Assembly: GCA_938002015.1 (NCBI GenBank)
Contig: CALLAU010000003.1
Location: 4,084-68,083 of the forward strand
DNA from: an uncultured Bdellovibrionales bacterium
GTDB lineage: Bacteria; Bdellovibrionota; Bdellovibrionia; Bdellovibrionales; UBA1609
Direction: 5' to 3'
Length of the DNA: 64,000 nt
In this document: in pieces, positions 26,707 through 37,059 of the stretch
Layout: each line of letters begins with the position of its first letter
How positions within the stretch are numbered: position 1 is the stretch's first letter
The notes under the pieces: generated by a model
What the model saw: only the letters and a program-made list of their open reading frames with translations
Told to the model about the DNA's origin: nothing
The model's database searches: none
Made by a program: the position numbers and the translations under genes

Positions 26707-27513
26707 TTACTTAAGTGCGCAAGCCTGTGTTTGAGCCCCACCAATCCAAGAAAAAGTAACTACAATTGATTCACTCACCCACTGTTGATCAAAGTTAACT
26801 GTTGGGCCTGAACTTACTGCAGCTGCTGGAGCTAGACCTGCACGCTCTGCCGCATAAGGAACATTACTCACTAAGCCTACTGAACTAATATCAACCATAT
26901 CCCACTCATAGATACATGCATTCTCAGCATAAACTGCCATTTTTCTTTGAGCGTCTAGAATTGCTTTTTCTGAAGCTTCTAAAGTAAGACTTTCTCTAGT
27001 TTCAAGGCTCCACTGTGGAGATGGTTGTCCCATAACTGCATAAGTTGCTGGATCTTTCGCATCAGAAGTTGGTTTTTGAAATTCATCAGAGTAAATTCCT
27101 TCTTGTATTACAGCAAAACGACTAGCAAAACCTGAAACATCAGAAGTCTTAAGAGTTAAAGTTGTGCTAGCTTGAAATGTGTTTACACAAACTGTCTTTG
27201 CTTGCCTTTGACCACCTTCATTTACATATACTGTTTTTGAAAACTCAGTTGCAAAACCGCCATTAGTAAAAACCCCATCATTTGAATCTTGAGATTTTGC
27301 CGTAAGAAGTAAATCATTTACTTTCTTAGCCAGTTCGTTTGCACTTCTTACAGCTTCACTTGGTTTAGCAAAACACTCAGCTTGAACTCGAACAACCAGT
27401 TGAATAAAATCACTTGGAGCTGTAACCCTTCCCGTACCACTAATTGTTGACTCTCCAGCGTAAGCAAGAAGAGATGCCGTTGATAAAATTAAAAACATAA
27501 GATTTTTTTTCAT
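26707..27513 (-). CDS. SIMPL/DUF541-like secreted protein
   Basis: Signal peptide followed by 'TISGTGRVTAPSDFIQLVVRVQAE', typical of the SIMPL-domain N-terminus. Confidence 0.55.
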   Translation of the reverse strand: MKKNLMFLILSTASLLAYAGESTISGTGRVTAPSDFIQLVVRVQAECFAKPSEAVRSANELAKKVNDLLLTAKSQDSNDGVFTNGGFATEFSKTVYVNEGGQRQAKTVCVNTFQASTTLTLKTSDVSGFASRFAVIQEGIYSDEFQKPTSDAKDPATYAVMGQPSPQWSLETRESLTLEASEKAILDAQRKMAVYAENACIYEWDMVDISSVGLVSNVPYAAERAGLAPAAAVSSGPTVNFDQQWVSESIVVTFSWIGGAQTQACALK

Positions 27514-27684
27514 ATTATTTCCTCCTAAGAAATTTATTAATTACTAGAATCTTAAACAGGATTTTTGATATAATATGATTTTTTCTTTGTGTTACTTAAA
27601 AGCTTGCATTTCACTATATAAAAGCAACCTACAAGTTTTTTAGTGTATTTTTTACTGGCAAAAGAGCCAATCTGTTATGAATTT

Positions 27685-29538
27685 TTAAATTTGATTAACA
27701 AAATCTAAAAATACTTTTTTATGAAGCTCAATATTCATATCAGGAGACATAGATACTCGGACAATATAATCTTTATCTCCTTCTTTCGTTGTACCTTGAG
27801 TAGATGTTGCTGGTATTGTCCAGTAGCAACCTTTTAACTGTCCATAGCTTACACAGTGCTTACTCTCATCTGGAATCTCATCAATCATAAGATTAATAAG
27901 CTTATAATTTAACTCTCTCTTATACATTTCTTTTTCTTCATGATCTCTTCCTTTGGTTGGAAGATCTAGAGAAAACACTGAAGGAGTAAAACCATTTTCA
28001 GCTAAATCATTTGAAACAAAATTAACTTTTGCAGCCGGCAAAGACTCTTTAATAAAGTTTACAAACTCACGCGTGTTTTTGTAAGCATCTAAAATTCGTT
28101 TATTCATCGATGGAATTTGCTTTGATAAAACTTCTACTTGAAAATCAGTAGCCTCATTATCACAAAGTTTTAAATGCTCTTTAATATTTTCCATTAAATT
28201 TTCAGATTTCTTATTTGCAACACAATAACCTGCTGTACACAAACCACCACTAGGAAACTTTGAACCACTCACATAAGAAATAGTTTTAACTTCTGAAAGA
28301 ATCTCTCCATCACCTAAAAATTCTACATTCGGGCAAAACGTTTGATCCAGTATAAAAACAGGTTCAACAGCAACTTCACCGCTTCTAGTTTCACGTTTTT
28401 TTGTAAGCACATCTTTTAACTTAGTTAAATCTGGAACCTCGACTCTTGGGTTAGTAGGGATTTCTGCAACTATGTAAGGAACTGCGTCTTCATATGAAAT
28501 TTTAGAAAGTAGAGTTTCAATACTTTCAACCATATCATTTCCACTATCAACAGGTAAATCCACAACTTCAACACCCTCAATTAAGGCTGCCACCCTTCTT
28601 GCTTGGTCATTAGTTCCACCATAACAATTTGGGGGAACAATAATTTTAATACCTTTACCTGCATGCTCTTCTTTGGCTGTATGAATCAATCCCATTAAAA
28701 TAGCATACTGTATAGAAAGGCCGCTTGAACTAAGTAGGGCCCGAGTATCTGCACCCGTAATCTTGTTAATTGAATTTAAAACAAGTTCTTTATTTTTCTT
28801 ATTCTCATCTTCATTCTCATTAAAAGGTAATATTCGGCCTTCAATTAGTTGATTTAACATCATAAGGCAATTTTGAGGCGTCATTGCAATCGTCTCTCTT
28901 CGTCTCACATGCTGAATTTCATTAATATAAGATTCATTTCTCTTATGATTAACTAAAGCAAGGCTTCCAAGCTGTGAATGCAAACTAACATAAAAATCTA
29001 TGTTTTCATTTAAAGAAAAGTTTTTAAATTCATTTTGTTCAATAATAGCAATTATACTTCCATCAAAGCCTTGAACCTCTCTTAAATCATCTACCTTTAC
29101 TAATTCAAATTTAAATCCGTAAACATCTTTTAAGATTTGAGATTTAAAAAAGCTTGGAAGCTCATTCATATAAATAATTTTTGTACTCTTATTATCTAGT
29201 AAGTTCTTTCTTAAAATGGCTAAAACAGGCATCATCTTAGAAGAAAAGCTAATGACATTCTTTGGCTCTAAGTTACTTAAACTTGCTACCGCCCACTCTA
29301 GTAAACATGACAGTGGGTGTCCTAGTCTAATATAATCAAAAGCCGTTGGAAGCTTCTCTAGAGCCGGTTCTTTAAAGTTATTTTCATTAAAAAGATTCTC
29401 TAATTTTTCTAAAAATTGAAACTTTGCTAAACTTTCATCATAGATATCAAGTCTATGGGTCGTCTTATTAAGCCAACCTTCTGGCATATTCTTTAATACG
29501 TTTTTTACATATTCTAATACTTCACTATCATTTTTCAT
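27685..29538 (-). CDS. PLP-dependent enzyme, Cys/Met-metabolism (trans-sulfuration) fold, with long N-terminal extension
   Basis: Candidate PLP-lysine motif 'YVSGSKFPSGG' (cf. S-x-T/S-K-x-x-x-G) and 'EIPTNPRVEVPDL' (cf. E-x-P-x-N-P). The likely start is ATG 29538 rather than GTG 29559. Confidence 0.5.
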   Translation of the reverse strand: MKNDSEVLEYVKNVLKNMPEGWLNKTTHRLDIYDESLAKFQFLEKLENLFNENNFKEPALEKLPTAFDYIRLGHPLSCLLEWAVASLSNLEPKNVISFSSKMMPVLAILRKNLLDNKSTKIIYMNELPSFFKSQILKDVYGFKFELVKVDDLREVQGFDGSIIAIIEQNEFKNFSLNENIDFYVSLHSQLGSLALVNHKRNESYINEIQHVRRRETIAMTPQNCLMMLNQLIEGRILPFNENEDENKKNKELVLNSINKITGADTRALLSSSGLSIQYAILMGLIHTAKEEHAGKGIKIIVPPNCYGGTNDQARRVAALIEGVEVVDLPVDSGNDMVESIETLLSKISYEDAVPYIVAEIPTNPRVEVPDLTKLKDVLTKKRETRSGEVAVEPVFILDQTFCPNVEFLGDGEILSEVKTISYVSGSKFPSGGLCTAGYCVANKKSENLMENIKEHLKLCDNEATDFQVEVLSKQIPSMNKRILDAYKNTREFVNFIKESLPAAKVNFVSNDLAENGFTPSVFSLDLPTKGRDHEEKEMYKRELNYKLINLMIDEIPDESKHCVSYGQLKGCYWTIPATSTQGTTKEGDKDYIVRVSMSPDMNIELHKKVFLDFVNQI

Positions 29539-29620
29539 AAAAATACACCCTTCACTCACTCAATTACGCATGCAGATTAAATGTTTTTATCTAATTTAAT
29601 ATGGCCTTCTTAATCAAAAT

Positions 29621-31066
29621 TTACTTCTCACTCGCTTTAAGCATCCTTGTAATCATCACTGAAGATAAAAGGGCTACACCAACCATAACAACAGCCCAGA
29701 TAGTAAGAGTACCAAAATAACCACCGTATACATTTTTAACAACTTCTTGAGTTACTGCCTCGCCTTTTTCTAAAGCTATTGAAGTAGAAAGTACTGCTCC
29801 AACTATTCCACTTAAAGCAATTGCAACTGAAAAAAGACTTACAGAGAAGTTTTCAATAGCTTTTGGTGTTACAGACAGAATAAATGCTTGTACAAGTGAG
29901 CCTACTATAACTTCAGCAAAAGCTTGGAAAAAGTGAATGGTTAAGAAAACCTCAGGTCGTATAACTATATCACTTCCAATTCCTTTTACTGCTAAAGTTA
30001 GAATGGCAAAAGCAATTGCAGTAAGTACAAATGAAAAAGAAACTTTTGTAGCCGTTGTAAGATTAATATTTCTCTTTTCTAGGCTTGAAAAGATTAATGC
30101 TAGTACTGGTCCTGCCACCATACACCAAAGTGGGTTCATTGCCATAGAAGATTCCGGAGCTATTGGTATAAAGCCAAAAAGATCTCCACGCATGGTATTA
30201 ATAGCTACAATAGTCATAGAGGTCATCATTTGTCCGTAATAAACAAAAAATGCAGTGGTTAAAACAACCATTATTAAGATCGTTCCCATCTTTAACTTTT
30301 CAGAACGACTTACTTTAAACATCAAACCAATAAAGTAAAGAATCGCTCCAGCTCCAATTGCATAAACTATATTTTTCCCAATATCCATATTTGAGAACAT
30401 ATAAAAAACAAGGCCTATCATTGCTAAAGAAATTGATCCAAAAAAGGCCCAGTTTCTAGCACTTACCGGCTCTTGATCAATTTTAGCTCCAATCTCAAAA
30501 AATGGCCTTTGTGTAAAAACAAGTATTGCAAAAGCAAGAGTAGCCATAGAGCTAGAAATTAAAAAGCCACCATTAAAACCGATAGCTAGAACAAACATAG
30601 GGAATAAATACTGACCTAAAAATGCCCCGATGTTATTAACAGAATAATTAACCGGCATTCCTTTTTCAAAATCTTCTTGGCTACTAAAGGTTCGTTTAAA
30701 TAAGCTTGGATAACTTGGAGACATGAGGCCACGTGCATAACTTGCCAGTGCAATACCCACCATACTAATTGGAACACTAGTAATACTGGCTCCAACTACT
30801 AACAAAAAGTAGCCCAATCCAAAAGTTCCAAAGGCTATCGTTAAAGAGCGGTACGATCCTAGAAATTTATCGGCAATAAAACCACCCGCTATTGCAAATA
30901 GTGGCCCTATAGAAGAAAAAGCCCCCACAATCATCATGGTATCAGCTTCACTATAGTTTAAATCTTCTAAGAAAAAGCGAGTTAAAATCGCCATGACTCC
31001 ATAAAAAGAAAGACCAAAAGCCATTTGGCATACCATCATAGACTTATTGAGTTTATTCCACATTAA
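29621..31066 (-). CDS. POT/PTR2-family di-/tripeptide:proton symporter (MFS)
   Basis: 'FGLSFYGVMAILTRFF...GPLFAIAGGFIADKFLGSYRSLTIA' matches the PTR2 signature region, with about 12-14 TM helices. The ORF track extends to 31144 and an internal ATG at 31066 is more likely. Confidence 0.7.
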   Translation of the reverse strand, partial: LMWNKLNKSMMVCQMAFGLSFYGVMAILTRFFLEDLNYSEADTMMIVGAFSSIGPLFAIAGGFIADKFLGSYRSLTIAFGTFGLGYFLLVVGASITSVPISMVGIALASYARGLMSPSYPSLFKRTFSSQEDFEKGMPVNYSVNNIGAFLGQYLFPMFVLAIGFNGGFLISSSMATLAFAILVFTQRPFFEIGAKIDQEPVSARNWAFFGSISLAMIGLVFYMFSNMDIGKNIVYAIGAGAILYFIGLMFKVSRSEKLKMGTILIMVVLTTAFFVYYGQMMTSMTIVAINTMRGDLFGFIPIAPESSMAMNPLWCMVAGPVLALIFSSLEKRNINLTTATKVSFSFVLTAIAFAILTLAVKGIGSDIVIRPEVFLTIHFFQAFAEVIVGSLVQAFILSVTPKAIENFSVSLFSVAIALSGIVGAVLSTSIALEKGEAVTQEVVKNVYGGYFGTLTIWAVVMVGVALLSSVMITRMLKASEK

Positions 31067-31293
31067 AGACCCCCTCTTATATAGCTTACTTAGCCTGAAT
31101 AAGGCCAAACCTAGCATGAAGAAACTCAATAATCCAAGCCCCAAGCCCTTACCTTAAATACACCGCCAAATAAGGCCTTTATCTCTTCAAGCCTGAGCAA
31201 AATGCCTATAAAAAGTTCTTTAGAAGCAGTCTTGTTGCTTAAATCTTAAGTTTTTACTCCACATTCTCTAAAAAAAAAGTTACTAAAACCCAT

Positions 31294-32199
31294 ATGTCAC
31301 ACGATAGATCTGTTAGGCTAAATAAATATATCGCCCAAAGTGGTATCTGTTCTCGAAGAGAAGCTGATAATTTTATTGAAAATGGGCGAGTTAAAATCAA
31401 CCGTAGAAAAGCAACCTTATCTGATAGAGTAAAACCAGGTGATGTTGTTATGGTTAATGGTCAAACTATTGAAGCTGAAGAGGTTCAACCCTTCGTATTT
31501 ATCGCCCTTAACAAACCCCGTGGTATTGTTTCAACTACAGAAGGAAGTGAAAAAGATAATATAGTTAGTTTTACGAATTACCCTAGTCGAATATTTCCGA
31601 TTGGACGCTTAGATAAAGAATCTACCGGCTTGATCTTTATGACTAATGATGGAGACATAGTAAATAAAGTTTTAAGAGCTGGTAACAATCATGAAAAAGA
31701 ATATGTGGTTGCTGTAAATAAGCCCATCACAGATGAGTTTATAACTGGCATGGCAAGTGGTGTTCCTATTCTTGGAGAGATAACCAAGAAATGTAGAGTT
31801 GAAAAGATCTCAACTTATGAGTTTAGAATTATTTTAGTACAAGGCTTAAATCGCCAGATTCGTCGCATGAGTGAATACTTTGGTTATGAAGTTGAAAGAC
31901 TTCATAGAATTCGCATCATGCACATTAAAATAGATGGAATACCTGAGGGTGAGTTTCGCGATCTTAATGAAGAAGAGCTAAAAGAACTTTTTAAACTCAT
32001 CTCAAATTCGTCTTCAGAAGCTAAAAGTAAATCTCAAAATAAGTCTAAGTCTAAAGCCAAAGTTAAACCTAAATTTAAGACTAAAAGTAAGTCTAAAATG
32101 AAATCAAAACCCGAAGATGAATGGGCTCCTAAATCTAAAAAATTTCCACCTTCTAAAAAAAATTCTCGTAGAAGCACTAAGAAAACACGTAGGCGCTAG
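31294..32199 (+). CDS. RsuA/RluF-family rRNA pseudouridine synthase with Lys/Ser-rich C-terminal tail
   Basis: S4 domain '[29 protein letters not shown]', catalytic '[17 protein letters not shown]' and 'GLNRQIRRM'. Tail: [31 protein letters not shown]. Confidence 0.85.
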   Translation: MSHDRSVRLNKYIAQSGICSRREADNFIENGRVKINRRKATLSDRVKPGDVVMVNGQTIEAEEVQPFVFIALNKPRGIVSTTEGSEKDNIVSFTNYPSRIFPIGRLDKESTGLIFMTNDGDIVNKVLRAGNNHEKEYVVAVNKPITDEFITGMASGVPILGEITKKCRVEKISTYEFRIILVQGLNRQIRRMSEYFGYEVERLHRIRIMHIKIDGIPEGEFRDLNEEELKELFKLISNSSSEAKSKSQNKSKSKAKVKPKFKTKSKSKMKSKPEDEWAPKSKKFPPSKKNSRRSTKKTRRR

Positions 32200-32290
32200 T
32201 TTAAAAATCTTAAAAAAAATTATTACACCTACAAAGTCTGGTCTAGGTCATTACTTAACAAATCAGCTTTATATACAGTAAGCTACCTAT

Positions 32291-33421
32291 ATGTCTCAAT
32301 TAGAAAAATTGCTCAGTGATTGGGTTTTAAACGATTTAATAACAAAAGAACAAGCCAAGAAAATATCTCATCATGAAGAAAACAAACCAAGTAATTCATG
32401 GGTGTTATATGGTTTTTTAATTCTAGGAGCCCTTGTTATTGGAATTGGAATCATATCTTTAATAGCAGCTAACTGGGAAAATATTCCTGATACTGTAAAA
32501 CTCATCATAGACTTTCTCTTACTGATTGCACTAGCAACTGGTTCTTATATCTCTTGGAAGAAAAAAGAGCACATTCTTTTTGAAGTACTCCTCATTTCAT
32601 TTATGGTTCTTTGCCTTGCTTCTATAGGCCTCATCTCTCAGATTTATCATACTGGAGGCAAACTTTATCAGGCACTATTGATGTGGTCAGTGATCACTTC
32701 TGCAGTAGCAGCTAGTTCAAAACGATCCCTTACTCCATTTATTTGGGCTGCAGGCTTTTTTTCTAGCATAACTTTTACAGCATTAGATTCAGCAACATTT
32801 CAACCTATTTTTGCTCGACATGAAAATTCAGTCCTTATGGCCATTCCTCTTCTTAGCGCTTTATTAGCAATAATTTGCAAAAAAATAAGTGGTGAAAGTG
32901 GTCAAACAAAATCTTTTAGATCATGGGCAATTATAGGAGGAATGATCGCCTTATCAGCTGCAGAAACACACCTCTTAAGATATAGATCAATGGACCTTAA
33001 TATCATCACTTTTATCCCTGGCTATGTTTTTACAATACTCATAGTTGGTGGCATTTTAATAAGTTCTGAATATAAGAAAGTACAAAAAATATTACTACTA
33101 TTAGCTCTAGCTTTTTACTTAATACCCTTCCACCTTCCTATGGTGCCTATTCAATCAAAATCGGTATATGCAGCTTTTAGTATTTTTACGTTAAGTACGA
33201 TGGCAATTTTTTTAGCAAGTCTTGGGCTTAGAGGGCTGTTTCAAATATTTTTAATTATCTTAGGGATGAGGTTTTTAGTTTTATATTTTCAGGCCTTAGG
33301 AGGTCTAGCAACAACAGGCTTTGGCTTAATTATTTCAGGAGTTATTATCATAAGTATGGTTATAACATGGAATAAGTACCGTCTTAAAATAACTAACTGG
33401 GCAGAGGGGTTAATCGAATGA
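32291..33421 (+). CDS. DUF2157-type polytopic membrane protein
   Basis: N-terminal soluble 'LEKLLSDWVLNDLITKEQAKKI' followed by ~10 TM helices. ATGA-coupled to a GDYXXLXY protein, the usual partner. Confidence 0.55.
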   Translation: MSQLEKLLSDWVLNDLITKEQAKKISHHEENKPSNSWVLYGFLILGALVIGIGIISLIAANWENIPDTVKLIIDFLLLIALATGSYISWKKKEHILFEVLLISFMVLCLASIGLISQIYHTGGKLYQALLMWSVITSAVAASSKRSLTPFIWAAGFFSSITFTALDSATFQPIFARHENSVLMAIPLLSALLAIICKKISGESGQTKSFRSWAIIGGMIALSAAETHLLRYRSMDLNIITFIPGYVFTILIVGGILISSEYKKVQKILLLLALAFYLIPFHLPMVPIQSKSVYAAFSIFTLSTMAIFLASLGLRGLFQIFLIILGMRFLVLYFQALGGLATTGFGLIISGVIIISMVITWNKYRLKITNWAEGLIE

Positions 33422-33900
33422 TTAAATCAAATAAAGGTCTACTTATCTCTCTTATCATTCCAATTGTGGCTCTAGCCTTACTCGTTGTTTATAAAAAGCA
33501 TGTTTTATCTATTGGTAAAGAAGTTATTCTTCCTATCACTGGATATGATCCAAGAGATCTGCTTTCAGGACATTACCTCATATATACCATCAATTATGGA
33601 GTGAATAGTGTTTGCAGAGGAAGTTCACTTAAAACAAAAAGACCTGGTTATATTTGTTTAGATTATAAAACATTTAGTTTTAGTCGTCCAAAAAACTGTA
33701 AGCTCTATATCACAGGGACTTGTAATAGAAATAGATTTGAGGCTGGTGTTGAGCGCTATTACATACCAGAAAAAGAAGCCAAGAATCTTGAAGATCTAGT
33801 AAATTCCAACGAAGCAAGCATAGTTTTATCTGTTCCAAAAAACGGCAAAGCACAGATAAAAGATCTACTAATTGACGGCGCCTCTTGGAAAAATAGATAA
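33418..33900 (+). CDS. GDYXXLXY-domain protein
   Basis: N-terminal TM then 'TGYDPRDLLSGHYLIY' (variant of the G-D-Y-x-x-L-x-Y region) and 'ERYYIPE'. Confidence 0.6.
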   Translation: MIKSNKGLLISLIIPIVALALLVVYKKHVLSIGKEVILPITGYDPRDLLSGHYLIYTINYGVNSVCRGSSLKTKRPGYICLDYKTFSFSRPKNCKLYITGTCNRNRFEAGVERYYIPEKEAKNLEDLVNSNEASIVLSVPKNGKAQIKDLLIDGASWKNR

Positions 33901-33952
33901 GCCCCTTTTTACCGCTTATCATAAAGCCTAAGATAGTGTAGATACTTTTTAT

Positions 33953-34717
33953 ATGGAATCTTACTACACGAATTTAAAAAATAAGACAGCTTTAGTAACT
34001 GGTGCTAGTAGCGGAATTGGGTATAAAACCGCATCTTTTCTTGCCGAGCAAGGATGTAGAGTCTTTGCTGTAGCAAGAAGACAAGAAAGACTTTTAGAGC
34101 TTAAAACAAAATTTCAAAATTTAACTCCCATTACAGGGGATTTAAATAAAGAAAGTACCTTAAAAGAAATTGAAGCGGCAAAAGCTTTTAATGTTGATAT
34201 TTTAATAAACAATGCCGGCCTTGCTCTTGGAAAAGACCTTCTCCATGAAGCGCAAGATGAGGATATAGATACTGTTATTCAAACAAACCTTATAACAGCT
34301 TTAAAAATTGCTAAACGCTGTCTTTTTCATATGAAGAAAAATGGAACTGGAGATATCGTTAATATCACATCCATTGCCTCACATGAAGCTTATAAAGGAG
34401 GAGTCACTTATACAGCTTCAAAGCACGGGCTTCTTGCTGTAAGTAAAGCATTAAGAGAAGAGACATATGGAGAGAACATTAGAGTTATGAGTATTTCACC
34501 TGGGATGGTGGAAACTGAATTCAGTGAAGTTAGATTTAAAGGGGATAAGGAAAAAGCTAAAAAAACTTATGAAGGCTTTACGCCTTTAAAAAGTGAGGAC
34601 ATAGCCGTTCAAATCATTAATGCACTTAGATGTCCTAGACATGTTAACCTTGATGAAATCATTATTCTGGCAACAGATCAGGCCGGAGCTACTAAAATTA
34701 ACAAAATATCTCTCTAA
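33953..34717 (+). CDS. SDR oxidoreductase (YdfG/serine 3-dehydrogenase-like)
   Basis: 'VTGASSGIGYKTA', 'NNAG' and 'YTASK'. Confidence 0.8.
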   Translation: MESYYTNLKNKTALVTGASSGIGYKTASFLAEQGCRVFAVARRQERLLELKTKFQNLTPITGDLNKESTLKEIEAAKAFNVDILINNAGLALGKDLLHEAQDEDIDTVIQTNLITALKIAKRCLFHMKKNGTGDIVNITSIASHEAYKGGVTYTASKHGLLAVSKALREETYGENIRVMSISPGMVETEFSEVRFKGDKEKAKKTYEGFTPLKSEDIAVQIINALRCPRHVNLDEIIILATDQAGATKINKISL

Positions 34718-34789
34718 AGAGAAAAAAAGCATGCTCAATTATAATCAAGCATGCCTTAGTATTTAATTATTATTAATTAATAAAAAATT

Positions 34790-35983
34790 TTATTCATAAG
34801 CTGGTGCTATCTCACTAAACTTTTCCTGTATCATTTTACTTTCTAAATAAAGTTCTTGTGCTTTTTCAATTACCACTTCAGTTAAACTCTCAGGTGTGGA
34901 AAGCTCTTCTTTAAATTCTATTGCTTTTTGTCTTAATCCTTTTAAAGCGTTTACTATCTCCTCTTTTTCTCGCTCAACCTCAACCGCATTAAAGAATTGA
35001 AACTGCAAACTCTCGTTAGCAAACAGATCAAGAAAAGAATATATTGTAGCATCAATCATACCAAACTTGTTATGAAGTCTTGAAAAGGATTTATCATAAC
35101 CATATTGCTTTAAATACTCTTTTTCCTCTTCATCTATAGCATTTACGTATTGCAAGTGGTTTCGAATATCTTCTTGCATAAGACTAAAACCATTTAAAAC
35201 ACCTAAGAGTTGAAAACTTAACACTCTCGCTAAATTACTTCTCTCGCCCTTAATAAGTTCTGGATAAACCCTTACAGCACTTTCTTCAACTTGCTTTGCT
35301 GCAGCTTCACCAGCTCCAGTCATGTGCGCAAGTTCATGCATCCATAAACCAAGTACATGGGCATTTAAAGATTGTTTTGGTATTCTTGTTAAATTCTCCA
35401 AGCTAAAACAAATTGTCGCATCAAAACTAAACTCTGTAACGCTTGCATCAGCATGATCTTTGTCGGGCGCTGGACAAGAGCCTTCATCTTGATAAACTAC
35501 GGGTATTTTAAACACATAGTCTGCCAGTTTATATTTCTCAAAAGGCTCTAAATGCTTAATTGATTTTGATAAATCAATTATTTGATCTGTTAAGTCTAGC
35601 AGTTCATCTGTAGCAACTCCCTCTACACCAGAACTCACCAAACTATCAATGTCAGCTTGCAAGGCTTCTCTTTTCTTAACTAAAATTTCTCTTTCTTCTT
35701 TATGAAAATCTGGATTATAAATATTATTAAGAGCTTTCTGTGCTTCAGCATTTGTATTCTCAGATAATTTAAGGCCCTCATAAATTTTATAATTAATATA
35801 TTTTTCAGATTGAGTAAGAGTTTTAAGTGTGTCTTGAACAGCTACTCTAACCTCTTCTTTAGTGCTACCCTCTACTTGGCCACCACCGCCATCTGAAGTA
35901 CCTTTAAAGTCACCACATGCCACCATACTCATAAACACAAGTGTTAACACCATTAATTTTATTATAGTTTTCGAAAGTTTCAT
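34790..35983 (-). CDS. Lipoprotein with HExxH zinc-metalloprotease motif
   Basis: Lipobox 'SMVAC' and 'GLWMHELAHMTG'. The rest is helical and charged with no family recognised. Confidence 0.45.
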   Translation of the reverse strand: MKLSKTIIKLMVLTLVFMSMVACGDFKGTSDGGGGQVEGSTKEEVRVAVQDTLKTLTQSEKYINYKIYEGLKLSENTNAEAQKALNNIYNPDFHKEEREILVKKREALQADIDSLVSSGVEGVATDELLDLTDQIIDLSKSIKHLEPFEKYKLADYVFKIPVVYQDEGSCPAPDKDHADASVTEFSFDATICFSLENLTRIPKQSLNAHVLGLWMHELAHMTGAGEAAAKQVEESAVRVYPELIKGERSNLARVLSFQLLGVLNGFSLMQEDIRNHLQYVNAIDEEEKEYLKQYGYDKSFSRLHNKFGMIDATIYSFLDLFANESLQFQFFNAVEVEREKEEIVNALKGLRQKAIEFKEELSTPESLTEVVIEKAQELYLESKMIQEKFSEIAPAYE

Positions 35984-36209
35984 TTTTTTAAATCTCCTTG
36001 TTTAAATTAGTTTCTTCTTTTCCCTCAGGCAAAAAATACCCACCGTATGAGAAATTTTTCATAAAGATTCATGGCTGCAGCTCACAAACCCTCAGTAACA
36101 TAGATATTATTTACAGAGCTTAAAAAAAAGGTTTATTTAATTAAAATAACCTCATAATATTTACTTTTATGTAAATATTAACCTCTAAAGCACTGTTTTT
36201 ATTAAAATT

Positions 36210-37013
36210 ATGACTATTTTTGATCATTCCAATTATAAAGAATATATTAAGAAACTCATCGCTCAAATGCCACGAAAAGGGCGAGGACAGCTTAGTAAGC
36301 TTGCACAAGAACTCACAGTAAACTCAACTGTTATTAGTCAGATATTTAAAGGAGACCGTCACCTCTCGCCCGAGCAAGGATTGAAAGTTTCAAAGTACTT
36401 TGGCTTTAATGAACTTGAAGAAAAGTATTTCATAACTCTGATTCACAAAGAAAGAGCTGGAACAAAAAACTTATCTGATTTTTATAAAAAAGAAGAGAAA
36501 AAGCTTTTACTCAAAGCACAACAAGTAAAAACTCGAATTCAAAAACACAAAGTAATTTCTGAAGAACATAAAGCTCAGTTTTACTCGGAGTGGTATTATA
36601 GTGGCATTCGCATGCTTTCAGCACTGCCAACTCACAACACCATAGATGATTTTGCAGATTATTTTAACCTAAACAGAGGCCTGGTCACCAAAGTATTAGA
36701 TCTCCTCATTTCAACAGGGCTTTGCATTGAAGAAAATGGACGTATATCCGTAGGTCCACAAAACACACATATAGATAACAAGTCTCTTTTCGTAAATTCT
36801 CACAGACGCAACTGGAAATTAAAATCCCTACAAGCTATGAATAACAATAATGATTCAGACCTGTTCTACTCATCCCCTATGAGTTTATCTAAAGAAGATC
36901 GCTTAAAAATAAGAGAAGAGCTGCTGCAAGCGATTGATAAAGTTCTTAAAAAAGTTCACAAATCTAAAGAAGAAGAACTCGTTTGCCTTAATATTGATTG
37001 GTTTAAATTTTAA
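36210..37013 (+). CDS. TIGR02147-family (DUF4423) putative HTH protein
   Basis: 'YKEYIKKLIAQMPRKGRGQLSKLAQELTVNSTVISQIFKGDRHLS' matches the N-terminus of the paralogous family known from Fibrobacter and Bdellovibrio. Confidence 0.65.
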   Translation: MTIFDHSNYKEYIKKLIAQMPRKGRGQLSKLAQELTVNSTVISQIFKGDRHLSPEQGLKVSKYFGFNELEEKYFITLIHKERAGTKNLSDFYKKEEKKLLLKAQQVKTRIQKHKVISEEHKAQFYSEWYYSGIRMLSALPTHNTIDDFADYFNLNRGLVTKVLDLLISTGLCIEENGRISVGPQNTHIDNKSLFVNSHRRNWKLKSLQAMNNNNDSDLFYSSPMSLSKEDRLKIREELLQAIDKVLKKVHKSKEEELVCLNIDWFKF

Positions 37014-37059
37014 ACTTCCCCACTTCTGTAGTCAAAGCAGTACCCCAAAGCTTCTAGTT

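Noticed and set aside
29937-30239. 100-aa plus-strand ORF. The same reasoning applies to the similar internal ORFs at 2711-2938, 3384-3569, 5551-5778, 9016-9225, 13042-13239, 15372-15617, 16854-17057, 20969-21166, 22010-22219, 33710-33922, 40558-40961, 42562-43333, 44277-44459, 48190-49273, 49426-49952, 51616-51840, 60767-60979 and 61877-62116
   Set aside because: All lie inside or antisense to longer ORFs with recognisable family motifs. None has an independent signal.
34729-34754. Two GCATGC palindromes 14 nt apart between convergent genes, considered as a bidirectional terminator
   Set aside because: The stem is only 6 bp and the flanks are weak. It is plausible but not strong enough to list as a feature.
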